Positions 25,166 to 36,680 of a stretch of 64,000 bases of DNA are shown here, piece by piece; within the stretch, counting starts at the first letter, position 1; every line of letters begins with the position of its first letter. Source of the DNA: Raillietiella orientalis (lineage: Eukaryota). The position numbers and the translations under genes were made by a program. Where the stretch lies: the NCBI GenBank assembly GCA_036172245.1, contig JAYWIR010000048.1:1054001-1118000 (forward strand), given 5' to 3'. The notes under the pieces were generated by a model. That model was not told where the DNA came from and made no database searches. It worked only from the letters and a program-made list of their open reading frames with translations.

Positions 25166-26451
25166 CTGGAAGAGCCCCTGAGAGCGCGGGGGGGGGAGGT
25201 TGTGAAGGGGCAGAGGGAGGTCTCCGCGTTCCTCCGCGAGGATGTGCACCGCCCACCACTACCACCCTGGAGCGACCCTCTGCCTTTTCGCTGCCGCCGT
25301 CGCCAGTGACGACTCGTCTGAAACGAAGGGCTGGGGAAAAGGCGAGATGGGAGCGACGGTGACGGTGGTGCCGCATTCCTCGTGAGCGCCCGGCCCGCGA
25401 ACGTCTCCCTCTGGTGGACGGCTATCCCGACAGACCGGGAATCGCCGCCGCAACCTTACGCGGGAAGGCTCCGGCGCCGTCAGCGAGCGAACCTCAGGGA
25501 AAGGGGGAGGGAAGGGAGAGTCTCGGCTGGCCGTTCCCTCCGCCTCCGGAATGTTCCCGCGTCGTCGTCAGGGAGAGTCGAGAGATGTCGAAGGCCGTCC
25601 GCTTCCTGGAAGGGGTCTTCTCTTCTTCCCCACTGACCTTGCGAACCCACTTCACACTCCTCATCCTCGCCAGACGGAGCACTCGAGGAAGAAGAGGAGA
25701 AGCAGCCGCGAGCGTGGCCCCAGCCTCTCCCCCACCCTCCCTCACTAACAAGAGGGCCAGCGCAAGAGCCGAGCGAGAGGTGCGCTCCGCAGCCCCTGGG
25801 GTCGTCTAGAAGGTTGAGAATGAGTTGCGCCGGAAACTGCGACTCTGAATGAGAGGAAGGCGACCCCAAGACCCAGGCAGGAAAGGGGGTGCCAAGGGGA
25901 GGGGGAGGGGATTCTCTCTCCCCTCCGCCTCCACCTCTTTCTCCTCCTGGGATATGAATGGGGGGCAGTAGCACTCCCGGAAGAAGCACTGCGCTGGGCA
26001 AAGGGTCGGGGGTTTTCGGAAAGGGAAGGATCCGAGGGAAGAGGCAGGGAGGGAGGTCGCGGGGAGTCCCTTTCCCGCCCACTCGAGCCGTCCCGGTCTT
26101 CTGGGGCTCCAGGAAGGGCCGTCAGCTCCTTCTCATAGGAGGAGGAGGAGGAGTCCAGAAGTTTCCGGGAAAGTGGAAAGGAAAGAACGCTCTAGGCGGC
26201 GACCCTCTTTCGGGAAGAGAGCATCCTCGGGACTCCTCTTCTCGGGAGAGCCGGGTCCCCGGCGCACGGGTGCATCCCTGGGAAGCCCTCCCCGTCTTCT
26301 TTCCCCCTCCCCTCCCTCCCGGCCTTCTTCCTTTCCTCGTCTGGAGCGCATTCTGAGGTGCCGTGCGGACAGCGCAAGGAAGGGAGAGGCAGTGGCACAG
26401 CGGGAAGACGGCGGCGAGGGGTCCAGGAGGGAGAGGTGGAGGAGAAACTAC

Positions 26452-26607
26452 CATCTTGTCGCTATAGTAGCCGTCGATGTCCTCCACGGGGATCGAGCTT
26501 AGCTCCATGGGGAACTCAGCCGCTAGTCCTGCGGGAAGAGGCATCCCCTGCTCCAGATCGGGGTTGGGCTGGGGTCCGTCGTCCTCGTCGTCTTCCTCGT
26601 ACCGGAT
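26452..26607 (-). CDS. para: Nav channel coding exon 2 (N-terminal cytoplasmic domain)
   Basis: [52 protein letters not shown] matches para [21 protein letters not shown]...PLEDIDPYY. CAG acceptor after a pyrimidine tract, GTAGTT donor; 156 nt. Confidence 0.93.
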
Positions 26608-28180
26608 CTGCGGAACAGAGTGTGGAAAGACGAAGAAGAAGGAGAAGAAAGCGCCATCAGCCCGGAATGGGGAAGACGAGAGAGCGAGGGGGGAAAGAGA
26701 TACACAACTCCCCCCTATACCTTTACCCGACTTACCCCCCGGACGACGGTCTTGAATCTCTCAGCTCCTCCCGCCCCTTCCAGTCAGCCTTCCCGCTGCG
26801 GGCGTGCAGGGAGGCGAGGATGGGTGGGGTCTGCGGGTCCTTTCCATCGTCCTCTTCCTCCCTCCTTTTTCTCCCCGCTCCCTCGCTCTTCCCCGGTCCA
26901 ACCCCACCCTCCACGTCCTCCCCTCTGGCAGTGCCCTTCCCCGGCTGGGCGCCGATGTCTGGCCGGGGAAGGTGACTGCCCGGAGAGAAGCCACACAGGA
27001 GAAGGCGAGAAGATCGGGAGACCCGCGGCTCCGGGGGGGAGAATGGCGAAGGGACTCCAGACTTCTCTGGAGGGCCTTTCCTCTTTGCCAAGTGGGGAAG
27101 ACTCGCAGGGAGGCGGGCCGGGATTCAGGGGGAAGAGGAGGGGACACGCTTTGCTAGGTGACTTGACAGCCCTTTCGATCTCTTTGGGCCGCTGCCACGG
27201 CTCGAGGGACGGGGCACTCCATGAGCGTCCTCTGTCCCGGGCGGATGAAGTCGATGGCGAACTCCTCCCCTTCCAATGCCGTAAGGCCAAACCCTGGAAG
27301 GAAGACTCCAGGGATCGCATGGGTCCAGCGGGTGCCGTCCACGCCGGACCCATGCGCTTTTGCCAACAGAGGAGATGGAGAATGGAGAGTCTCCTTTCCT
27401 CCCCTCCCCAACCTTTTCCGCTGGAGAATTTTCAGGGTCTCGAAAAGGGGCGGAGGCACTCGGCGCTACCCCGACGTCCAGGGAGCGAGCGAGCCAAATC
27501 TTCCCGGAAAACCTTTCGGACGCGAGGAAGGGAGCAAGCAATTCCCGGTCTCCGGTGCGTCTCCTCGCTTCTCTCCTCCTCTCCCACTCCCAGCGTCCCT
27601 CTAGGGGCACTGTCCCGTCCCGGAAGGGGGAAGGAAGAGTCTTGAGAGGATAATCCCCGAGGAGACTCCCTTCCCTTCATCCCGGAAGGACCTTCGCGCG
27701 CCGCCCCTCCGGCAAGCCGGAATGATCGCGGACGCCGACGCGGGGTTGCAGCGGACTCTTCGGGGAGGACTCCCTTCCCGCCCCGTTACCTTGTCACCAG
27801 CGTGAGAGGCGGTGTAGCTGGGATCCCACCGCGTGACCCCCTCCCGCTTCCTCCCGCCAAGAGGAAGAGGAACGTCCCTGGAGACTCGCGTCTCGCAGGA
27901 CCGTTTTCAGGGAGAGCAACCCAACCCGCGTTTCCCGCTTACAAGGGGAAGCAGCACGGCGCCTTCCGGGACCGTCTCCCGTGGGAAGAGCGTGAGGCCC
28001 TGAAGGAGGCTCCTAGGAGCACAGGCTCTGCGTCGGGACGGGGCAGTGTCGCAGCGACGGCCTTGGAAAATGCGGGTCGAATTCCCGGAAAACTTAAGGA
28101 TGGGCGGAGCCAGGAGTAGAAAACCGGGACACTCTCCCCCTCCCTCCCCATCCTCCAGCGTGTCGAGAACATTCGCATTG

Positions 28181-29165
28181 CTTTCCCCGATCTTCCTATT
28201 GCGATTCCTTCGCCTCCTCCTTCCTCCCGTCTCCAGGTGATGGACGAGCGGCCCGCTCGGGCAAGGCCTCCGGGAAGGAGGCGCGGAGCTTCTCACGGAC
28301 GCCGGGCGGGGGGAAGAGGACGGTCCGCCTTCGACCAGCGTTCCCGAGGAGGGGGAGCAGGGAGAATTTCTGCGGAAGGTACGGTCCGTGAGGACGAGCG
28401 CAGCCTTCTCGCTCCCCCCTTCTTTTCTTCCTCCGCTTCCCGCTGCCGCCGCCGTCGTCGCCGCCTCCCGCTGGTCAGTTCGGTCCGCGGGAGCAGCAGC
28501 ATGCCCGGCTGCCCGGGACGCGGTCCGCGGCAGCTCGCGTGCTCTCCGTGCACGCGCTCGGACGACGGAGGGAAAGGAGGATGGCGGCGGGAGGCAGGGA
28601 AGAAGCGGCAGAGCAGGCGGAGGGGCCGATCCATCCCGGAGCGCCGGCGTCCCTCCGCCCGGAAAGCGGCGAACTCCCCGGGAGCGCGCGCGTGCACAAG
28701 GACAGCCAGCCCTTCGCTTGTCCTCCCTTCCCCCCTCCTCCCTGCTCCCTAGCAGGCTGCTCCGCGGCGACAGCAGCCCCCTCCCGAGCACGAACTTCGT
28801 GGCCTCTGCTTCCCGCACCCTCCGCCTTCTCCTGCCCAGCTCCCGTGCCCTTGCCCGTGCGCGGCTACGCGGCGCGCCACCGCTCGGGCTCGATGGCCGG
28901 CCGTGCGCGGACGACGACCGTGCGAGAGGCGCGCGCTCGCGACGGCGGTCGTCGTCACGGCAGCCGGCGTGCGAACGGGAGCGAAGAGGACGACTGTGTC
29001 GGAAGGCGGAGGCGGCGACGGACGAGCGAGCGGAGGTGCCGTGGGCGCTCGAGACCTCCATCCTCGCTTTCCTGCGGGCGCGATCCCCGCGGCCCGTTTT
29101 TCCGCTTTGCGTGGCGGCTGTCCCGCTCGAGGAGAAGCGCGCGGGCTGTCCTGGCGATCCCGGGA
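28181..29165 (-). repeat. 985-bp GC-rich segment, copy B of a long inverted repeat (Nav intron between coding exons 1 and 2)
   Basis: Runs CTTTCCCCGATC...CTGGCGATCCCGGGA; same length as copy A; similarity stops abruptly at both ends. Confidence 0.97.
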
Positions 29166-30807
29166 AAAAATTTCCTATAACCCAAGACCAAACCGGAGGG
29201 ATGCTGTTAGTGCCGAAACCGACCCCTTCGATGAGCCGTTGCTGAGGAACGTGGATGCCTCAAGGCGTCATTTGGAGTGGGGGCCTCATAGGCGAGACGC
29301 GCCGCGGAGAAAAAAAGGGCCATACCGGCACCTGAGGGAAGAAAGGCCGTGGCGGCGCGCCTCGGAGACCGAATCGAGCCCGGAGGCTTGCGGGCTGGGA
29401 GAAGAGCATGCAGCATCCAAGAGTAGCTTGTGGTTGGGAATCTGAGCGGATCCCGGGCGCGTCCAGAGCTCGCGTCAGGGGTCTCCTAGAGCGTTACGAG
29501 GAAGTGTCTCCTAGCAGATGCTAGAGGAGAGAGATCTTCAAACGGTATGCTCCCACGGGAACGAGGGCGCCTGGGAATATTGAGACCGCGAAATCTTGAG
29601 GAGTCAGCGGGATGCAGAAGCAGATGGTGGGCTTTGTTTGTTTGTTTTTTTGCCTTCCCTCAGGCACGGACCGCGCGGGAACCGCTCGAGATGTGCGGAG
29701 GAGGATGCTCACATGACGCGCGCGCAGGTGTGAGATGAGTAGCGGAACGGAGAGCAGCAGCAGCTCAAACCCTTCCTTCCAGATCCGGGGCTCGAGGATA
29801 TCCTTCCGGTGCGCTAGCGAGGAGGAAGCCGCTCTCTCTCAGGCGTGAGCGGGATCCTCCCAGCAGCCTCTCAAGACCGAAAGCCGGAAGCGGGGAGCAC
29901 GTGACCCCGGCCGTTCGCCGGTCCTGCAGCGCTTCGCAGGGACAGCAGCCGCGCTGATCTCCGTCAGGTCAGGCGGGGATCGAACCTGCGCGTACCAGCG
30001 GAAGTAGCCAGGCTGGGCGGGCAGCCCGGCGCCCGCGTGGGCGTTCTCCCGACGTCCCGAGCGCGCGTGTCTGCGACACGAGTGGCGCCAGTCGCCGTCG
30101 CTCCCCTCCCCGCCGCAGCATCCAAGCGACGGAGGGCGGGTCCCTCTCCAGGAGGAGCGGCCGCCGGATCGTCGGAACGTGGCGACGCACGTCTGGAAGG
30201 GAAGTACCGCGCGCGGATTTCATCCCGGAGGAGGGAGTGGCTCGCTTCCCTCCTCCGAGAAACCTCCTCTGCGCCAGCGGCTCGACTCCGGGACAAAAAG
30301 GAAGGATCAGGGGGGGGGGGGCACGCGGCTCTTCCCGGCGTCTCTGTGACTTCGGAAGCGCGCCGTTCGCGGTGCGCTGTTACCGTCAACAAGGAGGACA
30401 CTCCCGTAGGAAATCGGGCGCCTCCCTCCCGCTTGGATGCTCAGGGGGCGCTCGAGGGAAAGGGCACTCGGGGAACGCCCCGAAGGGCAGCTGCAGGTCC
30501 TCCCGGGAACTCGAGAGGAGGAGGCGCAAGCGTCGCCCCGGCAGGATGCCCAGAGAGAGTCAGGTAGCGGCGCCAGGAGAGTACCCGCCGCAAGGGTGGG
30601 CCGGGTCGCGGGGACGAGTGGGGGGTCAAGAGGCACAGGGAAGGTGTCGCCTGGAGGGACCCCCGCCGCGCGCACGGGATCCAGTGGGATCTCCCGGAAT
30701 TTCAGCGGGACCGCGGTCTTGTCTGCACCCTTCCGGGCAGGGGGAGAAGAGGGGAGGGGAACGCGCGCAGGGGCAGGCCAGAGGGTCCCCGCAATCCGCC
30801 ACCTTAC

Positions 30808-30942
30808 CTCCCCGTTGCGCTTCTTGCGCTGCCTCTCCTTCCGGTCCATCTTCCTCCGCTGGATCTTCTCCTTGACCCTCTCCAGGGACTCGTAGGTGAA
30901 GGGCACGAAGGTGGGCCGGTCCTCGGAGCCCAAGTCCGACAT
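30808..30942 (-). CDS. para: Voltage-gated sodium channel alpha subunit (para/Nav1-like), coding exon 1
   Basis: Translates MSDLGSEDRPTFVPFTYESLERVKEKIQRRKMDRKERQRKKRNGE (cf. insect para F-R-P-F-T-R-E-S-L...AEGE). ATG in GCCGCCGCCG-ATG context; GTAAGG donor at 30807; 135 nt, phase 0; likely acceptor CCCCAG 15 nt upstream (exon start about 30957). Confidence 0.88.
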
Positions 30943-31989
30943 CGGCGGCGGCGGTTCCTGGGGAATGGCGGGCTGAGATCAGGACAGCACCAACGGGGGA
31001 AGCACGCCGGCCCACAGAGGGAAGAAGGGGAGAGCCCTGACCTCTGGGGGGTGCGCGCACCCTCGGCCGGTGGACCCGCAGCGCCCAACAGAAGGAGTCC
31101 GCAATTACCACCACCACTCTCCCCATCCCTCCCTGCCCCTGCTCCCTGCTCGGCAGTCGCAGCTCCAGGGAACCCGGATAAGGAGAGACTTCCTAGTACT
31201 CCCCCTTTCATCCCGGGGGAGAGCTGGTGCGCCCCGTCTCCCATCCATAGCACTTGCGCTGCCCTTCAGGGCTTTGAGAGCATCCCGTCCGTCGTGCACC
31301 CGACATCGCGCCGCCTGGCGGGCTCGCGGGCGACGCAGGGCACAAAGGGGACGACGAAAATGGGGCGGAGTCCTCACGTGGTCCCTCACCCTCCTTCCTC
31401 TTCCCATTTCCCCACGCGAGGAGGGTCCCACCGATGGCAGAGGGACGCCCGCGCCCGGTACACGCGCGCGCGACCGGCGGCACGAAACGGAGAGAAGAGG
31501 CTGTGGGGAACGCGGCGCCGCGCCGGTCGCCTTGGAAACCCTCCGAGACCTCCTGAGCGGCCCCGTGGGGCTGAGCCTTCTCAGCCATCTGGGGGGCTCT
31601 GCTACCTGCGCCGCTGTGGCCGTGGAGACCCCGGGGAAGAAAAGTTCCCTTCCGTCGGCTTGTGGAACCCCGTCTTTGTGGAAGCCGACGAACCGCAGTC
31701 TTCCTCTGGAGCCGGCCGCAGGACGGACGCTCCCGGAAGGGGAGGAGCGGAAGGAGGAGGGGGCGAAAATCCGATCGGAGACGACTTTATGGTACGGAGC
31801 GGAGAAAGACGCGTTTATGGCAGACGGCGCCGGCGCATGAAGAGAGCGACGTCGCCATTAATCAGCCGTGGCGCCCGTTCCTTCCCCCCCTGTCCTGCCC
31901 CCTTCTCGTCGATTCCTCCTCGGGAGCGCGGCGAACGCGACGCCGTAAAAGAGGAGGCGCCACGGAGGCATTGCGGAGCCGGGAGTTAG

Positions 31990-32330
31990 GCAGTGGAGGA
32001 GGAAAGGGGAGGAGGAGAAGTAGACAAGGAAGAGGAGGGAGGAAGAAAAGAGACGAAAGTCAGGAGGAAGAGGAGAAGTGGAGAAAAAGGGGAACGAAGA
32101 GAGGGGAGGAGGAAGGAAGGAGGAGGAGGAGATGGGGAAGAGGAGACAGGGAGGAGGAGGAGAAGGAGGAAGGAAGGAGAAAGAAAGGAGGAGGAGGAAA
32201 AGAAAAGGGAACGCTTCTCCTGCTCCCGCATGTGGTGCCGAAGAGGGGCCAGCAGCCCGCCGAGTTTCCCCATGGGGAAAAGGAGGAGGAGGAAGGGAGA
32301 AGCGTGGGAAGAAAGGAAGGAAAGGAGGAG
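31990..32330. repeat. Polypurine (GGA/AGG-rich) low-complexity tract
   Basis: Mostly A/G on the + strand, about 1.1-1.4 kb upstream of the Nav ATG. Confidence 0.85.
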
Positions 32331-33699
32331 GACCCGAGCGATCCTGATGGCGGGAACCGACGGATTCCCGGCGGGACCGACCTGGAGCGCGGTCCATCAC
32401 TCCCTGAAGAGACGCTCCCGACGCTGCCCGAAAGCGCCGGTGGCTCCTCGGCTTCCCTTCTGGCTTCGCAGCCTCCAAAGCCGACGACCGCCGCATCTCT
32501 GCCGTGCCCGAATCCTCTGAGGCATCCCCGGCTCTCTCAAGGAAGGGGAGGTTGAGGACGGAGGAAGAGGAGGAGAGTAAGACCCCCCTTTCCTCCGGGA
32601 ATCCTTCCGGGAATTCTTCCGGATGGCGATGGCGACGACGGAGCCTCCGAAGGGAAGTTGCCGGAGAAACGGGAGGCGAGGAGGAGGGGAGGGGAGGGAA
32701 GCTCCGTCGCCTCGCCGACGATCCCGCGAAGGACGCAGGAAGGGAAATCTGGTGACGGTGACGTCGAGATGATGCAGCCTCCGCAGTCGGACCACGCGGT
32801 CGTGAAGGAAGGAGAGGCTGCGATCCGACTGGGGACGCCCTGAGGTGGCGCGTCAAGCTCGGGGGTAGCGCCTGGGTCGCCCTCTTCCTTCCCTCTCGCG
32901 GGCAGGTAGCTGCGGGTGGTCGGCCCACCTCCTCCCCCGCAAGAGACACCCTTCCTGCCCGAGCGCGCGTCCCCCCACCGGCCCGCCGAAAGAGATCTGG
33001 ATCAGGTGGGCGTGGACGGCGTCCTCCCTTCTGTCCACCGCCAACGGAACGGTCGGGAGTACGCGCAGGGAGTCCGCCTCGCCTTGGAGCGCGTGAGCTC
33101 GCTCCATCACCCCCGTCCGGGGAGCGCCCTCAAAGCAGCTCCCGCTCTCCGGAGGGAAGGCATCCGTTCCCCCCCTCCCTCGCTCCCCACAGAGACTCGA
33201 ATCCCAGTATCCTCCTCCGCGAAGGAACATCCTCCGGTGGCTGAACCCCGCGGTCGCAACCCAGGCACCCCACCTCAGGTCGGGGGCAGACGCACAAAGC
33301 TCCTCCTTCTCCCTTGCGTGCCATGCAGCGTCCCTCGATAAAGTCCGGGAAGACGGCGAGGAGCACCAGTTCTTCCTCAGGACTCCGGAGTGAACGAGGA
33401 TAACGGTGGTGGTCTCATCAGCGAGGAGCCACCGCCGCTGCCGCCTCACCGCCCACCCCTTCCCCCCGAAGCCCCAGAAGGGATGCTGCCCTCTCGGCCG
33501 GTTGTCACATGAGGGGTCAAACACGAGAGAGGGGGCAGCCTCCGTCTCTTCTTCCTCCTCTTCACCTTTGACCGGCTTTTCGCCGTCATCAGTCATCCCC
33601 AGTTCCCCTCCGCAACCCGCTGTTCGCTTCTGGGTTCGCCCGCCATCCTCTCTCGTCCCGCACGCTCTTTGCTGCCGCCCGCCCGCTTCTTCCGCTCTT

Positions 33700-34330
33700 T
33701 CCGCGAGCACGGCACCCCACCCCCGGTCGGCCCTCCGATTCAGAGCGACCTCGCGTCCGGCGGATCGCGATAGGAGCTCCGTCTCTTTCGAGGGCAGCCG
33801 AGAGGCTCCGATGGGTGCCCCAGAAGGTCGCACCAGACGAGGGAGAAAAGCCTTCCGAGAGCGGCCCCCAGGGGCGGTTCTCCAGAAAAACGCTGTCCCA
33901 GGATCCCACCGCGTGGGATGGTCCACCCTGGAGACAGCAGAGGTCCCCGTCGTTCCGGCCTTGGCCTCCATCCCTCCCGGTCCTTCTTCCAGAAAGGAGT
34001 GTGGGTGACCCCGCAGTGCGTCCAGACGGAGGATGCGCCCGAAAATCCGCAGGGAAGCCGCTCAAAAAGGAACAGAAAAAGAGGAGGAGGATGAAAGGGA
34101 GAAGAGGAATGGAGAGAGGCAAGAGAAAATGAGGGAAGAAAGGGTGAAGGAGGAGAGAGGAGAAGCAGTCGAACGCATCCGTTGCAAAGCCGTGAGCACC
34201 ACACTTGCACTCGTGCTCGCCCGCCTATGCGTGTGAGCTTGCGCTCCCCTATTCGCTGCCCTCCCTGCTTTGCGGTGGCTCGAATCCGTGCGACCCCTCT
34301 CCGCCCCTACTGCCGGCCGCGGAGGCAACC
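33700..34330. repeat. Diverged repeat homologous to 37240-37845 (part inverted, part direct)
   Basis: 33700-33850 is the reverse complement of about 37275-37420; 34140-34330 is a direct match to about 37650-37845 (GAACGCATCC, CCCTGCTT.GCG.TGGCTCGAATCCG). Confidence 0.7.
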
Positions 34331-34457
34331 AGCCGGATGATCGCTGCTGATTCCGGCAGGTGGCGGGAGGCGCACCGGCAGAGCGCCTCGAAGTCGGCGA
34401 CCGCGGTGTGGACTCTGACACCGGGCAGAGGTAAATAGGAAGCCCCTCTTCCCCTTC

Positions 34458-34459
<2 letters not shown>

Positions 34460-34539
<80 letters not shown>
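34460..34539. repeat. (CA)n microsatellite, about 40 units
   Basis: Read directly from the sequence. Confidence 0.98.
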
Positions 34540-34542
<3 letters not shown>

Positions 34543-35249
34543 CCTCGTGGGGCCTCTAGCTCTGCGGCAGTTCCCTCGCTCTTTGAGATCCCTGGACCGG
34601 AACGTGCGAAAGGCGTGCATAAGTCACCAGCAACGTGCACCCGAGACTCGGCGGTCCTGCAGGCTGCGGCCTTCCCCAGCCTGGAGGACAGGAGCCGATC
34701 CCGTGGGTGTTGAAATATTCAAGATGGACGGGAGGCGGAGAGGGGCGCCGCGCATACTCACGGGCAAGGCGGCCGGAGACGCAGTGTTTCCTCCCGTCGC
34801 CCAGTGCACGGACTTCCGATCACTTCCGCAGGCCGGCGGCGGCGCCTCCCATCTCACCGGCGCCACATGATCGTCACTCCCGGGGCGGGAGGAGCGGTTC
34901 CGAACGCGGCGGCAGCATCTCCTGCTCTCCTTGTCTTTCCGGCGGCGCTCGAGGACTCCTCGGAGGCTGTGCGGCGAGGATTCCGAGCGCGGAAGGGTTG
35001 GTCGCGGAATACGAGGATAGGGCACGGCATCCTCGTTCCCGTACCCGTGTAGACGGCAGCGATACCCCTGCGCTTTTTTGCTTCAAAACTATGAAACTGA
35101 TTTGATCAGACGTGATGAAAAAATTCCGCGCTTATTTTCCCTCGTCTGGTGACGTCACGCGATCGATACCTCCCCGGCTTTTTAGTGCCTTTTGATAAAT
35201 GTGTTGCATATTTGTTTCGATGCTGGGACGCGCATGGCGCAGCCCCGCA

Positions 35250-35827
35250 TCGTTGCTCAGGTAATCAGCGGTGCAACTCGGTTTTAATCGAACGTAAACA
35301 AGGAGAACTGCTCTTGGCAACGGCAGGTAATTGCTAATGAGGCCGTGCGATGTGGTGTGAGCGCGCTTGCGGGAGAGATGGGCCAGCATCCGACAGATTC
35401 ACCAGTCTTCCCTGAAGATGAGCATCAACACCTCGGTCTATAGTTGTTGTTTTTTGTTTTTGTTTTGTTTTTCCTTCAAAAAAAAAAAAAAAAGCAAAGG
35501 AAGGAGGGCAAGTCGGAAGGGAAGAAGGAAGGAGGAAGGGAGGGTGGAGGAAGGGGAAGGGAGAGAGAAAAGGAGGAGGAGGGAAGAAGAGAGGAGGAAA
35601 GGAGGTAGGAAGGGAGGGAAGAGGAGGGAAAGAGGGAGGAAGAGAGGAAGGAGGAGAAGTGGCGTCGTTGCTCAGGTAATCAGCGGTGCAACTCGGTTTT
35701 AATCGAACATAAATAAGGAGAACTGTTCTTGGCAACGGCACGTAATTGTTAATGAGGCCGCGTGATGTGGTGTGAGCGCACTTGCGGGAGAGATGGGCCA
35801 GCATCCTACAAACCCACCAGTCTTCCC
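35250..35827 (+). repeat. Direct duplication of a 163-bp unit (35250-35412 and 35665-35827) separated by an A/G-rich spacer
   Basis: Both copies read TCGTTGCTCAGGTAATCAGCGGTGCAACTCGGTTTTAATCGAAC...GGGAGAGATGGGCCAGCATCC...CACCAGTCTTCCC with scattered substitutions. Confidence 0.92.
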
Positions 35828-36169
35828 CGCCATCCGGGACGACCGCCCTGATGGGAGGGGCGCTCCATCTCCTTCCTCCTCCTCCGCGTCACCCGCCGTG
35901 GCCGGAAAAAAAAAATTTCTTCTTTGCTTTTTTTGTCTTTCGTTTTATTTTAGAGTTTCATTTGTTTCAAAAAAAAAAAAAAAAAAGCAGAGGAGGAAGT
36001 GGAAAAGAATTTCGGGACTTACTTTACAGGCATACGTATGGCGCGCTTGCCGTCGGGCGGAAGACGGCGGCGGAGGTCCCTGAGCAGGTTCGAATCGCCC
36101 GCGCGCGCACGCGCTCTCGGGGGCATCGGGACGAACGGAGGGACGCACCGAGGGAAGACGAGGGCGTCA

Positions 36170-36680
36170 GTGGCCTACTGTGCCCCTGCCCGCACCTGAG
36201 GTGACCCACCCCGGAGTCCTCGCAACGGACTGCAGGAGCGCGATCACCAGAAGTGCTGTCTCGCAGAGTGGGTGGCCTTCCTCCGGCCCCAGCCCCAGCA
36301 ACTCTTCACTGCACCCGCGGGACTGCGGCGACCCGGAGCGGAGCTGACAGAGGACGAGAAGAGGGAGGTGCCACCCATGTTGCCTTTCGCTTCCTGCGGG
36401 TGGCAGCCAGGTGGCCCACCTGGGCGCTACGCAGGCGGACCTTGCCGGCATCCTGGGAAGGATGCGGAGGACTGCAATCCCTACCCATAATCCTCCAGAG
36501 TTCTATTTGTTTATCCTATTTATTTTTATTTTATTTTGCTTTTTGTTCTTTCCCCCCTCCCTCCTCTGCCGGGATGAGCCTCGCCCGTTTGAGCACAGCC
36601 GACACGGCAGGTTTCCTGCGCGCCGCGTCCCCCCATCCGTTGCTGGCCTGTGGCCTTACCATGGACGACCCAGAGTAAGC
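36170..36680 (+). mobile_element. Short degenerate 3' fragment of the L1/Tx1-like family
   Basis: CCCGCACCTG, AARWPTW, CCTTGCCGGCATCCTGGGAAGGATGCGGAGGAC and the T-rich 3' UTR resemble the copies at 44.6, 48.9 and 57.9 kb. Confidence 0.62.

Noticed and set aside
28405..28445. GKRRKKRRGE as a possible equivalent of insect optional exon j
   Set aside because: No pyrimidine tract or suitable acceptor and donor; purine low-complexity sequence.
9786..29165. Giant transposon with 985-bp TIRs carrying exons 2-6
   Set aside because: No target-site duplication outside the arms, and the enclosed exons are collinear and in phase with exon 1 outside.
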